Origin: Eledone cirrhosa
Lineage: Eukaryota
Length of the DNA: 64,000 bases
NCBI GenBank assembly: GCA_964016885.1
Contig: OZ024741.1
Location: forward strand, 117,056,001-117,120,000
Direction: 5' to 3'
The notes below the pieces were generated by a model, which did no database searches, was not told where the DNA came from, and saw only the letters and a list, made by a program, of their open reading frames with translations. Both the position numbers and the translations under genes were made by a program. The stretch's first letter is position 1; each line of letters begins with the position of its first letter. Below are positions 37,420 to 49,793 of this stretch, one piece after another.

Positions 37420-39255
37420 ATGGCGGAAAAGATGGCAGACATGTCTGCCATTAGCTCTGCCACGCCCCCCAAGTCTGAAGAACAAAAAATAATTACAACA
37501 AAATTAGACATTGAAACAAACAAACAAAATGAAAAAACAAATGTTAAGGAAAATGAGCAAACAGAAAACAAACAAACAGAAAATAATACAAATAACGACA
37601 GGGCAACTTTCGCCCAGAAAACAAAGCAATCCATTACATACACACCAATTGACCTAACTGCCGCCAGAGAAAAACTGGCCGAAGCAAAGAAACATATTGT
37701 TTTGGGGGAAAACGGAATGTTTTCCATTAACTCCCCCCCAGAATTCAAGAAAGCCAGAGCAGAAAACACAGTTATATACAGAACTATACTAAACCAGTCA
37801 AGAAAGCCAGCACAGCCCAGCCAAATGGAAATAGAGTTAGTCCTAAAAGACTATATGAAGAATATTCTCTTCATACGAAAGGACCGACTCTATGGCAGCA
37901 TTTCGGTCCTAACAAGAGACAAAGAAACGGCGGTTCAGCTTTCCCTAAGCCCACTCTCGTCGACAACATATAGCTTCTATCCCTCCTACATGGGTAGAAG
38001 AACACAGAGGGTAAAAGTAAAAACAATGCTGCCCACAATGGACTTCTGGTGGGCTATTGCTGGCTTCATTGATATGGGCGAAGACACTATGCTGTCAATG
38101 GGGAAGGCAACTGGAGATGCGTTCCTGGGAATGGGCCTCGACATACTAGTCCAAATGAGGCCCGAAAGAATAGCACAAATCCCGGATCGCATCTGGCTGG
38201 ATGACCTTACCCCAATAGACATAATTGTAGAGGGGAGAAGACCAGCATGCTATTTATGCATGGAAAGGGGACACGTTAAGGCTAACTGCCCGAAACGTAT
38301 CCCCCAAAAAGGACTATTGCCCACACCCACCACAAACAGTACACCAGCACCACCCACCTCCAAACATACACTAATACCACACACAGCAAACAAAATACAG
38401 ACACCACCAACCACAAACACAACACAAACATCACCACCACCAGCACCAAACACAAGCACGACACAAAAATCACCACCACCAACCACAACACAAACATCAC
38501 CACCACCATTACCAACCACAAGCACGACACAAACATTACCACCACCACCACCACAAAACCCATTCCAAACAAATAATAAAAAAAACAGTAACAAATCTAC
38601 CCCTCCCGCAAAAAAAAAACAACCACACAACACGTCCCTCCCACCTAGCGCTGAAGAGTTTCCCCCAACTTCTGAAGAAGAAGGAGGAGAAGCCTTCAGA
38701 CAAGTTAAAAGAAAAAAAAGAAAACACACACCCAGCACACCACAAATAACCCACACACAAACACCAACTCCAATCAAAAACACCCCACCCTCAACAAACA
38801 AAAATAAATCTGCGCCTCCCCTCTCCGAAACATTGACAGCATCACAAAAAAAGACGTTGCAATACACATATATAAATAAAGAAAACAAAAAACTGGTTAA
38901 ATTAATAAACAATAACCCTATGGTGCAGACCGAAGGGCCAAACTTTATCTCAACAGAGAACTTCACCCATTTAAAAATGATAAAGGTCCCTCTGGACCTT
39001 TATCGTTCCTTAAAAGAACAATTTAGACGGGACGTGAGCCCCCCCTGTTTAAAACCGTTGAATCGCGTCCTCTTGAAAGATTTCCCCATAACCGCCCCTC
39101 TCCCTGACACAACTCCAAATACCCCAACCCCACCACACACGTGTACCCCCACACCACCACAAAACATCCCTCCACCCAACACACCTGATGCCATGGAAAT
39201 TACGCAACCCGGAGAGGTAAGTGCTTTTCTTTCTTCACTTTCAACACCAAAATAG
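37420..39255 (+). CDS. Tx1 ORF1 gag-like nucleic-acid-binding protein (copy 1)
   Basis: Open frame 37393-39255 with first ATG at 37420. Zinc knuckle CYLCMERGHVKANC (CX2CX4HX4C) followed by a Pro/Thr-rich low-complexity tail. Confidence 0.88.
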   Translation: MAEKMADMSAISSATPPKSEEQKIITTKLDIETNKQNEKTNVKENEQTENKQTENNTNNDRATFAQKTKQSITYTPIDLTAAREKLAEAKKHIVLGENGMFSINSPPEFKKARAENTVIYRTILNQSRKPAQPSQMEIELVLKDYMKNILFIRKDRLYGSISVLTRDKETAVQLSLSPLSSTTYSFYPSYMGRRTQRVKVKTMLPTMDFWWAIAGFIDMGEDTMLSMGKATGDAFLGMGLDILVQMRPERIAQIPDRIWLDDLTPIDIIVEGRRPACYLCMERGHVKANCPKRIPQKGLLPTPTTNSTPAPPTSKHTLIPHTANKIQTPPTTNTTQTSPPPAPNTSTTQKSPPPTTTQTSPPPLPTTSTTQTLPPPPPQNPFQTNNKKNSNKSTPPAKKKQPHNTSLPPSAEEFPPTSEEEGGEAFRQVKRKKRKHTPSTPQITHTQTPTPIKNTPPSTNKNKSAPPLSETLTASQKKTLQYTYINKENKKLVKLINNNPMVQTEGPNFISTENFTHLKMIKVPLDLYRSLKEQFRRDVSPPCLKPLNRVLLKDFPITAPLPDTTPNTPTPPHTCTPTPPQNIPPPNTPDAMEITQPGEVSAFLSSLSTPK

Positions 39256-39260
39256 ATCAA

Positions 39261-42200
39261 TTGAGAGTTGGCTGTTTGAACGCGCGTGGCCTGAGCTCAG
39301 CTTGGAAGCAAGCAAAGCTTCTAAGTGACCTCAGGTCACAAAGTATAGATGTGATGGTTGTTTGCGAGAGTCGGATCAGCAGCGTGAGACAGCTGGCGCC
39401 CGCCTTCGATGACTTTGAGATGCACGCATCTCTCTGTCAACCCGGAGGCGGGGGGGGAGTTGCCGTACTGCTGGATAAACGTCTGACTCTCGACGTACAG
39501 ATTGTCACTCGGACCCGGGGGGTCGATTACTGGTGCTGGACGTCGGAGGTGGTGAAGGCGGGGCTTTCAGACTGGTCGGTCTTTATGCTCCCTTCGGGGC
39601 GGAGAGAGCCGACTTCTTCCAACGTCTGGAGACTTTTCTAGGAACGTCGCGTTCCCTGCTTTTAGTGGGGGACTGGAATGGAATCCTAGATGCGCGTTGG
39701 GACTATGCAGGGGCATGTCCCGATAGAGGGGGGTGTAGCAGCCTCAAGGGGTTACTCGATCGATTCGACCTGGTCGATAGATTTCGACTAGATTGTCCAA
39801 CTGCGCCAACCTGGACCTGGGCAAACCGCAGTGGACAATCTAGATCGTACCTAGATAGGTTTTTGGTTAGGAGTAAGGATAGGGACGTATTTAGTTGTCC
39901 AGAACTGATCATGGTTGGCTATTCAGATCACAAATTAGTGACCTGCGTGGTCAACCTTGATAGAACGCATAGACAGGGTCCCGGTTACTGGAAGATGAAC
40001 TTGTCCTTACCGACAAAGAAAGATTACAGAAACCGGATTAGTAGCTTAGTTAAGATGCGGTTGACGGGAGCGATCGTCAACAGTAGGTGGTGGATATCTC
40101 TAAAGAGAGAGATTAGAGTAAGTTCGATAGGTTACAGTAAGGAACTAGCGGCGAATAGAAATAGGAGGGAAAGGGAGTTAACAGATAAACTAGAAGAGGC
40201 GATTAGGAGCGGAGACGTAGCCAGAGTGTTAGCGACGAGAACGGCATTGAGCCAGTTCTTTGACGCGAAGCACGAAGGCTGCGTTGTCCGAAGTAAAATA
40301 CGTGCTTTAGGAAACGAGGGGACCAAAGCTGTTAGCTGGGCCCGCGTGACAGAAGCCAAGAGTGGGATTAAATCCACCATTCGGTCTTTGCGAGACCAGG
40401 ATGGACGGGTGATCCTTGAACCTGAGCGAATGTGCGAGACCTTTCAAAGGCACTTTGCTCGACTGTTCGGAGGTGGCGGGGGGCCGGACGGGGATGTGGA
40501 CTTCGGTCCATACCTCGACGGTCTACCGCGTCTTTCGAGCGGCGAAGCGGAGTGCTGCGAAGGGCCAATCACAGCCACTGAAATCGGGGAAGCGCTCAGC
40601 CAATGCAGCAGACGCAAATCCCCGGGTCTCGATGGTCTACCATACGAACTTTATTTAGCTATGCCGGTCTTGTTCTCCGAACTCCTCGAGGCTGTCTATT
40701 GCAACTGGCAACAGAACGGGAGAATTCCCTGTTCTGTGACCAAGGGCGTGGTCAGGCTAGTGAGGAAGGACGAGAGCAAGGGGGACGACTTAAGTAACTT
40801 TAGGCCCATAACTCTGCTGAATGCAGAGTTACAGATTTTGGCCAAGGTGTTGGCGAAGAGGTTGGCGCTTGTGGTGGGTGGTTTGGTGGGAGACGCGCAG
40901 ACATGCGCTATCCCGTCCAGGTCCATTCACGACAACCTCCACCTCATGCGATACATCATAGAGAGGGTTGGCTACGAACCCGGCTTTGGTGGGGCCCTGA
41001 TCAACTTGGATCAATCTAAGGCGTTCGATAGGGTCGACCATGGTTACCTGGATGCGGTGCTAGCGGCGGCGGGCTTCGGACCCGTTTTCAGGGGCTGGAT
41101 TTCTGCCATGCACAGTGGCAACATCTACTCTAGGATTAAAGTAAACGGCTACCTCTCGGAGCCGTTTCAAATCACCCGATCCATCAGACAGGGGTGCCCC
41201 CTCTCCTCCCTTCTGTACGTATTGACTCTCGAGCCACTGCTGCGGAAGTTGGAGTTGCTGCGGGGCATACCCCTGGAACCGGGATTGCACAAAGCGGTCT
41301 CGGCCTATGCCGACGACGTAACAGTAATGGTGGCGGACGCCTCGGAAATCGGGGCGATCGCCACCCTACTGGAGGAATACGAAAGGCTGACGGGGGCTAA
41401 GCTGAACCAGGACAAGTCAGTCGGTTTGCAACTCGGAACGTGGAGGGGCAAACCGATGCCGTTAGACGGTGTCGTCGGGCGGTGGACGGAGGGCCCGGTG
41501 AAGCTGCTCGGGGTCTGGTTCGGACCGGACCTCCAGGTGGAGAAGAATTGGGGCGAGGTGACGAGCAGGGTGTTTGCGCTGACCCAGAAGTGGGCCAAGT
41601 GCAAACTATCACTGAAAGGTCGGGCGGAGGTGACGAACGCTTACATAGCGTCCGTCATCTACTACCGCCTGACCGTCGTGCCTTGCCCCAAGGAAAAGCT
41701 CACCATCATGGAACGCATGCTCTTCCAGTTCCTCTGGAAGAAGCGGCCTCCCATGGTGAGGAGATCCATCTGCTGCCAGCACCCTTCGAAAGGAGGGCTG
41801 GGTATGCCGTGGCTGTTGATGCGTAGGCACGCATTGAGGCTACGGCATCTACAGGTATTCCTCAACGGTCAGCCGGTGTGGGCCCCGTTTGTGAGGCGAG
41901 CCTTCCCACAGCTCGTCTCGCTCACCGAACTGCAATCCTGGGTGAAGCAAAGACCGAGAAAACTGGGCAACTGGCACACTGAGTGTGCCCAGGCGCTCAC
42001 GGCTATCTGGCAAGCGGACCCGACTGTCAGTGGAGAATCCACCTCGACATTCTATAGAGGGTTGGTGGCTAGCAGGGGCGACGACACCCTTGGAGAGTCG
42101 CTAGGCATGGAGGAGGACGAACTGGCCAGCCTGTTCGGTAGAACTTTCGGCCCGGGACCCATGGACAACTTCCAGAGGTCCCTAGCCTGGCAGTGTTACC

Positions 42201-42688
42201 GGGGGGCTCTGCCCGTTCGAGAAAAGCTCTACAGACACGGGCGCCCGGGCAGGGATCCCGCGAAAAAGATCTGTCCCAGATGCGTGCGCGACGAGGAAAC
42301 CGTTGCGCATGCACTGGTACACTGCCCGGGCGTTGCCGATCTGTGGGGCTACGTCGAACGACTGCTGTCGCGTGTGGCGCCGATTCGATTAACCGCCGAG
42401 TCTGTGGTGAACATCAAGCCGCCTCCTCCCTTCAGAAATGAAGCAGAGGCGGTCTTTCTGTGCGTAATAGCCATGATGAAAGAGGTTGTGTGGTGGACGC
42501 GCCTGAAAGGTCTGAGGTCGGGTGACTTTCTCTCCGGCCATCACCTGGTTTACTTCTTCCGATACCACTTCGGAAGAAGAATCAGGATGGAGAGAGAAGT
42601 GCTTGGTCCCAGACAGTTTTATGAAAGGTGGGTGAAAGAAGCGAGAATGGCCCGTGTAAATGGGCCTTCTCTCTACATTGTTCTGTAG
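39261..42688 (+). CDS. Tx1 ORF2 (APE endonuclease - reverse transcriptase - CCHC), one frameshift near 39505
   Basis: APE motifs LNARG, GDWN, LDRF, SDH. RT motifs KSPGLDG, FRPITLLN, DQSKAFDRV, RQGCPLS, YADD. C-terminal CPRC..EETVAHALVHC. ATTGTCAC here versus ATTGTTCAC in copy 2 shifts the frame. Confidence 0.9.
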
Positions 42689-43127
42689 GTGAAGAAGTGA
42701 AGAGGAAAGGGGGAGCGCCTCCTCTCTGGGCTTCCCCCGCGAAAAGAGTTGCACACTTTTCGGGGGTATGTGCAATCCCCAACACGCCCCCTCCCTTTTG
42801 AGGACTTTTTATTGTTATATTATTATTGTTATTCCTTTTTTCTTTACTCGATTTATGTAAACTCCCCCACTGTGTAAATGTCCCCTTCTTTTGTGCCCTC
42901 GTGGCAAATAAATAGAAATTTATCTTGATAGAGTAAGACACGCTTCGCATCGGCTCCGCTATTCCATCGGGATTTACCCTTACTATTGTAAGTACCGGAT
43001 AAATTTTTTAGTGCAACACATTTGGAACACTAACCCCTGTTATTTAGGGAAACATTTTTGCATTTACCCCCTTTTTAGGGGGTAAAATAAATATCTATTT
43101 TTGCCGAAAAATTTCTTTCTTGGCAGC

Positions 43128-44960
43128 ATGGCGGAAAAGATGGCAGACATGTCTGCCATTAGCTCTGCCACGCCCCCCAAGTCTGAAGAACAAAAAATAA
43201 TTACAACAAAATTAAACATTGAAACAAACAAACAAAATGAAAAAACAAATGTTAAGGAAAATGAGCAAACAGAAAACAAACAAACAGAAAATAATACAAA
43301 TAACGACAGGGCAACTTTCGCCCAGAAAACAAAACAATCCATTACATACACACCAATTGACCTAACTGCCGCCAGAGAAAAACTGGCCGAAGCAAAGAAA
43401 CACATTGTTTTGGGGGAGAACGGAATGTTTTCCATTAACTCCCCCCCAGAATTCAAGAAAGCCAGAGCAGAAAACACAGTTCTATACAGAACTATACTGA
43501 ACCAGACAAGAAAGCCAGCATCGCCCAGCCAAATGGAAATAGAGTTAGTCCTAAAAGACTATATGAAGAATATTCTCTTCATACGAAAGGACCGACTCTA
43601 TGGCAGCATTTCGGTCCTAACAAGAGACAAAGAAACGGCGGAGAAGCTTTCCCTAAGCCCACTCTCGTCGACAACATATAGCTTCTATCCCTCCTACATG
43701 GGTAGAAGAACACAGAGAGTAAAAGTAAAAACAATGCTGCCCACAATGGACTTCTGGTGGGCTATTGCTGGCTTCATTGATATGGGCGAAGACACTATGC
43801 TGTCAATGGGGAAGGCAACTGGAGATGCGTTCCTGGGAATGGGCCTCGACATACTAGTCCAAATGAGGCCCGAAAGAATAGCACAAATCCCGGATCGCAT
43901 CTGGCTGGATGACCTTACCCCAATAGACATAATTGTAGAGGGGAGAAGACCAGCATGCTATTTATGCATGGAAAGGGGACACGTTAAGGCTAACTGCTCG
44001 AAACGTATCCCCCAAAAAGGACTATTGCCCACACCCACCACAAACAGTACACCAACACCACCCACCTCCAAAAATACACTAATACCACACACAGCAAACA
44101 AAATACAGACACCACCAACCACAAACACAACACAAACATCACCACCACCAGCACCAAACACAAGCACGACACAAAAATCACCACCACCAACCACAACACA
44201 AACATCACCACCACCATCACCAACCACAAGCACGACACAAACATTACCACCACCACCGCAAAACCCATTCCAAACAAATAATAAAAAAAACAGTAACAAA
44301 TCTACCCCTCCCGCAAAAAAAAAACAACCACACAACACGTCCCTCCCACCTAGCGCTGAAGAGTTTCCCCCAACTTCTGAAGAAGAAGGAGGAGAAGCCT
44401 TCAGACAAGTTAAAAGAAAAAAAAGAAAACACACACCCAGCACACCACAAATAACCCACACACAAACACCAACTCCAATCAAAAACACCCCACCCTCAAC
44501 AAACAAAAATAAATCTGCGCCTCCCCTCTCCGAAACATTGACAGCATCACAAAAAAAGACGTTGCAATACACATATATAAATAAAGAAAACAAAAAACTG
44601 GTTAAATTAATAAACAATAACCCTATGGTGCAGACCGAAGGGCCAAACTTTATCTCAACAGAGAACTTCACCCATTTAAAAATGATAAAGGTCCCTCTGG
44701 ACCTTTATCGTTCCTTAAAAGAACAATTTAGACGGGACGTGAGCCCCCCCTGTTTAAAACCGTTGAATCGCGTCCTCTTGAAAGATTTCCCCATAACCGC
44801 CCCTCTCCCTGACACAACTCCAAATACCCCAACCCCACCACACACGTGTACCCCCACACCACCACAAAACATCCCTCCACCCAACACACCTGATGCCATG
44901 GAAATTACGCAACCCGGAGAGGTAAGTGCTTTTCTTTCTTCACTTTCAACACCAAAATAG
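43128..44960 (+). CDS. Tx1 ORF1 gag-like protein (copy 2)
   Basis: Open frame 43101-44960 with ATG at 43128. Same CCHC knuckle as copy 1. Confidence 0.88.
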   Translation: MAEKMADMSAISSATPPKSEEQKIITTKLNIETNKQNEKTNVKENEQTENKQTENNTNNDRATFAQKTKQSITYTPIDLTAAREKLAEAKKHIVLGENGMFSINSPPEFKKARAENTVLYRTILNQTRKPASPSQMEIELVLKDYMKNILFIRKDRLYGSISVLTRDKETAEKLSLSPLSSTTYSFYPSYMGRRTQRVKVKTMLPTMDFWWAIAGFIDMGEDTMLSMGKATGDAFLGMGLDILVQMRPERIAQIPDRIWLDDLTPIDIIVEGRRPACYLCMERGHVKANCSKRIPQKGLLPTPTTNSTPTPPTSKNTLIPHTANKIQTPPTTNTTQTSPPPAPNTSTTQKSPPPTTTQTSPPPSPTTSTTQTLPPPPQNPFQTNNKKNSNKSTPPAKKKQPHNTSLPPSAEEFPPTSEEEGGEAFRQVKRKKRKHTPSTPQITHTQTPTPIKNTPPSTNKNKSAPPLSETLTASQKKTLQYTYINKENKKLVKLINNNPMVQTEGPNFISTENFTHLKMIKVPLDLYRSLKEQFRRDVSPPCLKPLNRVLLKDFPITAPLPDTTPNTPTPPHTCTPTPPQNIPPPNTPDAMEITQPGEVSAFLSSLSTPK

Positions 44961-44965
44961 ATCAA

Positions 44966-47900
44966 TTGAGAGTTGGCTGTTTGAACGCGCGTGGCCTGGG
45001 CTCAGCTTGGAAGCAAGCAAAGCTTCTAAGTGACCTCAGGTCACAAAGTATAGATGTGATGGTTGTTTGCGAGAGTCGGATCAGCAGCGTGAGACAGCTG
45101 GCGCCCGCCTTCGATGACTTTGAGATGCACGCATCTCTCTGTCAACCCGGAGGCGGGGGGGGGGGGGGGAGTTGCCGTACTGCTGGATAAACGTCTGACT
45201 CTCGACGTACAGATTGTTCACTCGGACCCGGGGGGTCGATTACTGGTGCTGGACGTCGGAGGTGGTGAAGGCGGGGCTTTCAGACTGGTCGGTCTTTATG
45301 CTCCCTTCGGGGCGGAGAGAGCCGACTTCTTCCAACGTCTGGAGACTTTTCTAGGAACGTCGCGTTCCCTGCTTTTAGTGGGGGACTGGAATGGAATCCT
45401 AGATGCGCGTTGGGACTATGCAGGGGCATGTCCCGATAGAGGGGGGTGTAGCAGCCTCAAGGGGTTACTCGATCGATTCGACCTGGTCGATAGATTTCGA
45501 CTAGATTGTCCAACTGCGCCAACCTGGACCTGGGCAAACCGCAGTGGACAATCTAGATCGTACCTAGATAGGTTTTTGGTTAGGAGTAAGGATAGGGACG
45601 TATTTAGTTGTCCAGAACTGATCATGGTTGGCTATTCAGATCACAAATTAGTGACCTGCGTGGTCAACCTTGATAGAACGCATAGACAGGGTCCCGGTTA
45701 CTGGAAGATGAACTTGTCCTTACCGACAAAGAAAGATTACAGAAACCGGATTAGTAGCTTAGTTAAGATGCGGTTGACGGGAGCGATCGTCAACAGTAGG
45801 TGGTGGATATCTCTAAAGAGAGAGATTAGAGTAAGTTCGATAGGTTACAGTAAGGAACTAGCGGCGAATAGAAATAGGAAGGAAAGGGAGTTAACAGATA
45901 AACTAGAAGAGGCGATTAGGAGCGGAGACGTAGCCAGAGTGTTAGCGACGAGAACGGCATTGAGCCAGTTCTTTGACGCGAAGCACGAAGGCTGCGTTGT
46001 CCGAAGTAAAATACGTGCTTTAGGAAACGAGGGGACCAAAGCTGTTAGCTGGGCCCGCGTGGCAGAAGCCAAGAGTGGGATTAAATCCACCATTCGGTCT
46101 TTGCGAGACCAGGATGGACGGGTGATCCTTGAACCTGAGCGAATGTGCGAGACCTTTCAAAGGCACTTTGCTCGACTGTTCGGAGGTGGCGGGGGGCCGG
46201 ACGGGGATGTGGACTTCGGTCCATACCTCGACGGTCTACCGCGTCTTTCGAGCGGCGAAGCGGAGTGCTGCGAAAGGCCAATCACAGCCACTGAAATCGG
46301 GGAAGCGCTCAGCCAATGCAGCAGACGCAAATCCCCGGGTCTCGATGGTCTACCATACGAACTTTATTTAGCTATGCCGGTCTTGTTCTCCGAACTCCTC
46401 GAGGCTGTCTATTGCAACTGGCAACAGAACGGGAGAATTCCCTGTTCTGTGACCAAGGGCGTGGTCACGCTAGTGAGGAAGGACGAGAGCAAGGGGGACG
46501 ACTTAAGTAACTTTAGGCCCATAACTCTGCTGAATGCAGAGTTACAGATTTTGGCCAAGGTGTTGGCGAAGAGGTTGGCGCTTGTGGTGGGTGGTTTGGT
46601 GGGAGACGCGCAGACATGCGCTATCCCGTCCAGGTCCATTCACGACAACCTCCACCTCATGCGATACATCATAGAGAGGGTTGGCTACGAACCCGGCTTT
46701 GGTGGGGCCCTGATCAACTTGGATCAGTCTAAGGCGTTCGATAGGGTCGACCATGGTTACCTGGATGCGGTGCTAGCGGCGGCGGGCTTCGGACCCGTTT
46801 TCAGGGGCTGGATTTCTGCCATGCACAGTGGCAACATCTACTCTAGGATTAAAGTAAACGGCTACCTCTCGGAGCCGTTTCAAATCACCCGATCCATCAG
46901 ACAGGGGTGCCCCCTCTCCTCCCTTCTGTACGTATTGACTCTCGAGCCACTGCTGCGGAAGTTGGAGTTGCTGCGGGGCATACCCCTGGAACCGGGATTG
47001 CACAAAGCGGTCTCGGCCTATGCCGACGACGTAACAGTAATGGTGGCGGACGCCTCGGAAATCGGGGCGATCGCCACCCTACTGGAGGAATACGAAAGGC
47101 TGACGGGGGCTAAGCTGAACCAGGACAAGTCAGTCGGTTTGCAACTCGGAACGTGGAGGGGCAAACCGATGCCGTTAGACGGTGTCGTCGGGCGGTGGAC
47201 GGAGGGCCCGGTGAAGCTGCTCGGGGTCTGGTTCGGACCGGACCTCCAGGTGGAGAAGAATTGGGGCGAGGTGACGAGCAGGGTGTTTGCGCTGACCCAG
47301 AAGTGGGCCAAGTGCAAACTATCACTGAAAGGTCGGGCGGAGGTGACGAACGCTTACATAGCGTCCGTCATCTGCTACCGCCTGACCGTCGTGCCTTGCC
47401 CCAAGGAAAAGCTCACCATCATGGAACGCATGCTCTTCCAGTTCCTCTGGAAGAAGCGGCCTCCCATGGTGAGGAGATCCATCTGCTGCCAGCACCCTTC
47501 GAAAGGAGGGCTGGGTATGCCGTGGCTGTTGATGCGTAGGCACGCATTGAGGCTACGGCATCTACAGGTATTCCTCAACGGTCAGCCGGTGTGGGCCCCG
47601 TTTGTGAGGCGAGCCTTCCCACAGCTCGTCTCGCTCACCGAACTGCAATCCTGGGTGAAGCAAAGACCGAGAAAACTGGGCAACTGGCACACCGAGTGTG
47701 CCCAGGCGCTCACGGCTATCTGGCAAGCGGACCCGACTGTCAGTGGAGAATCCACCTCGACATTCTATAGAGGGTTGGTGGCTAGCAGGGGCGACGACAC
47801 CCTTGGAGAGTCGCTAGGCATGGAGGAGGACGAACTGGCCAGCCTGTTCGGTAGAACTTTCGGCCCGGGACCCATGGACAACTTCCAGAGGTCCCTAGCC

Positions 47901-48401
47901 TGGCAGTGTTACCGGGGGGCTCTGCCCGTTCGAGAAAAGCTCTACAGACACGGGCGCCCGGGCAGGGATTCCGCGAAAAAGATCTGTCCCAGATGCGTGC
48001 GCGACGAGGAAACCGTTGCGCATGCACTGGTACACTGCCCGGGCGTTGCCGATCTGTGGGGCTACGTCGAACGACTGCTGTCGCGTGTGGCGCCGATTCG
48101 ATTAACCGCCGAGTCTGTGGTGAACATCAAGCCGCCTCCTCCCTTCAGAAATGAAGCAGAGGCGGTCTTTCTGTGCGTAATAGCCATGATGAAAGAGGTT
48201 GTGTGGTGGACGCGCCTGAAAGGTCTGAGGTCGGGTGACTTTCTCTCCGGCCATCACCTGGTTTACTTCTTCCGATACCACTTCGGAAGAAGAATCAGGA
48301 TGGAGAGAGAAGTGCTTGGTCCCAGACAGTTTTATGAAAGGTGGGTGAAAGAAGCGAGAATGGCCCGTGTAAATGGGCCTTCTCTCTACATTGTTCTGTA
48401 G
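44966..48401 (+). CDS. Tx1 ORF2 (APE-RT-CCHC), one frameshift in poly-G 45155-45169
   Basis: Same motifs as copy 1. G15 here versus G8 in copy 1 shifts the frame; the rest is open to the stop at 48401. Confidence 0.9.
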
Positions 48402-48885
48402 GTGAAGAAGTGAAGAGGAAAGGGGGAGCGCCTCCTCTCTGGGCTTCCCCCGCGAAAAGAGTTGCACACTTTTCGGGGGTATGTGCAATCCCCAACACGC
48501 CCCCTCCCTTTTGAGGACTTTTTATTGTTATATTATTATTGTTATTCCTTTTTTCTTTACTCGATTTATGTAAACTCCCCCACTGTGTAAATGTCCCCTT
48601 CTTTTGTGCCCTCGTGGAAAATAAATAGAAATTTATCTATCTATGTGACTATATGTGAGAAAGAAAAAGAAGAGAAATGTATATTAAATAAATATATATA
48701 TATAAAAGAAGAGAAATATATATTAAATAAATATATATATATAAATGAGATTAAGAAAAGAGAGCAAACGAATAAACGTCACACAGAAGGGAAAACACGA
48801 GTTGTTAGTCGCTCATATATATTGGTATATAGATATATTTGAGTATATATGTATTCACACACACACATACACGCATACACACACA

Positions 48886-48938
<53 letters not shown>

Positions 48939-49187
48939 GAAAAGTATAGAAATGGTTGTAGCGAGAAGCTAACAGTATTCCATAACATATAAGTGACTAT
49001 AGCGTCAAAATGGGAAAATAGTTAACATAAGATATGGGGAAAATAATTCAGACTCAATTCAAAAGGAATCAGGATATAGATTTATCCAACAGAATTTAGA
49101 GAAATCCAGGGAAAAATCAATAGAGCCTTAACTCATGATAAAACAAAGTCTAAAGTACTCAACCTTCAATTTGGGACAACTTCAAAT

Positions 49188-49269
49188 GCTCTGTATAGTC
49201 TTGAAAAGATTATTTCACGAAAACTTTCAGTGGGGATGGTCACGGTTGGATTTCGTTCATCAGCAGAGC
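49188..49269 (-). ncRNA. Type I hammerhead ribozyme, well-formed
   Basis: gctctg CTGATGA acgaaa...tttcgt GAAA taatctt-ttc-aagacta TA cagagc: 6-bp helix I, 6-bp helix II base, ~7-bp helix III. Confidence 0.85.
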
Positions 49270-49389
49270 TCAACATGGTAACCAAGGTCTCACTGGTGAT
49301 ATGACAAAAAGGGAATTTAAAAGCAGGCTAGTTTAACATCATGCGTGATTATAAAAATAAATGCACATGCGGAATATATATATATATAA

Positions 49390-49504
<115 letters not shown>

Positions 49505-49505
49505 C

Positions 49506-49565
<60 letters not shown>

Positions 49566-49793
49566 TTATTAAAATAACAGATTAAAGTTTAAGCAAAGAA
49601 TCGCTGCTTTCACCCTTAACGGGATCTTCTGAAACTAACAAAGTCAATCTGTAAACGCAGAACTGGATATTTCAAAAAACGTTGCAACCGGAGGAAGACA
49701 GGAAGACGATACTTTGGTTCGTGGTAACGTTCGCTGGCAAATATATATATATATACATATATATATAAAGTTGATTTAGATTTATTTAAATCT

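Larger units (their letters stand above)
37216..42920 (+). mobile_element. Tx1-clade non-LTR retrotransposon, copy 1 (apparently full length, 5705 bp)
   Basis: Starts TTGATAGAGTAAGAC directly after (CTAT)n. Contains ORF1 with a CCHC knuckle and ORF2 with APE, RT and C-terminal CCHC. Ends AATAAATAGAAATT. Both ends are defined by the identical ends of copy 2. Confidence 0.93.
42925..48633 (+). mobile_element. Tx1-clade non-LTR retrotransposon, copy 2 (5709 bp), head-to-tail with copy 1
   Basis: Near-identical to 37216-42920. Separated from it by a single TATC (42921-42924) and followed by TATCTATCTAT. Confidence 0.93.

Noticed and set aside
39214-39267. Perfect splice donor AG|GTAAGT plus pyrimidine tract and AG at the Tx1 ORF1/ORF2 junction as a fusion intron
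   Set aside because: Splicing to the AG at 39255, 39265 or 39267 does not join ORF1 to ORF2 in frame; the first gives ATC AAT TGA.
37335-48498. Antisense and alternate-frame ORFs within the Tx1 copies
   Set aside because: Shadow ORFs of biased-composition coding sequence with no motifs.
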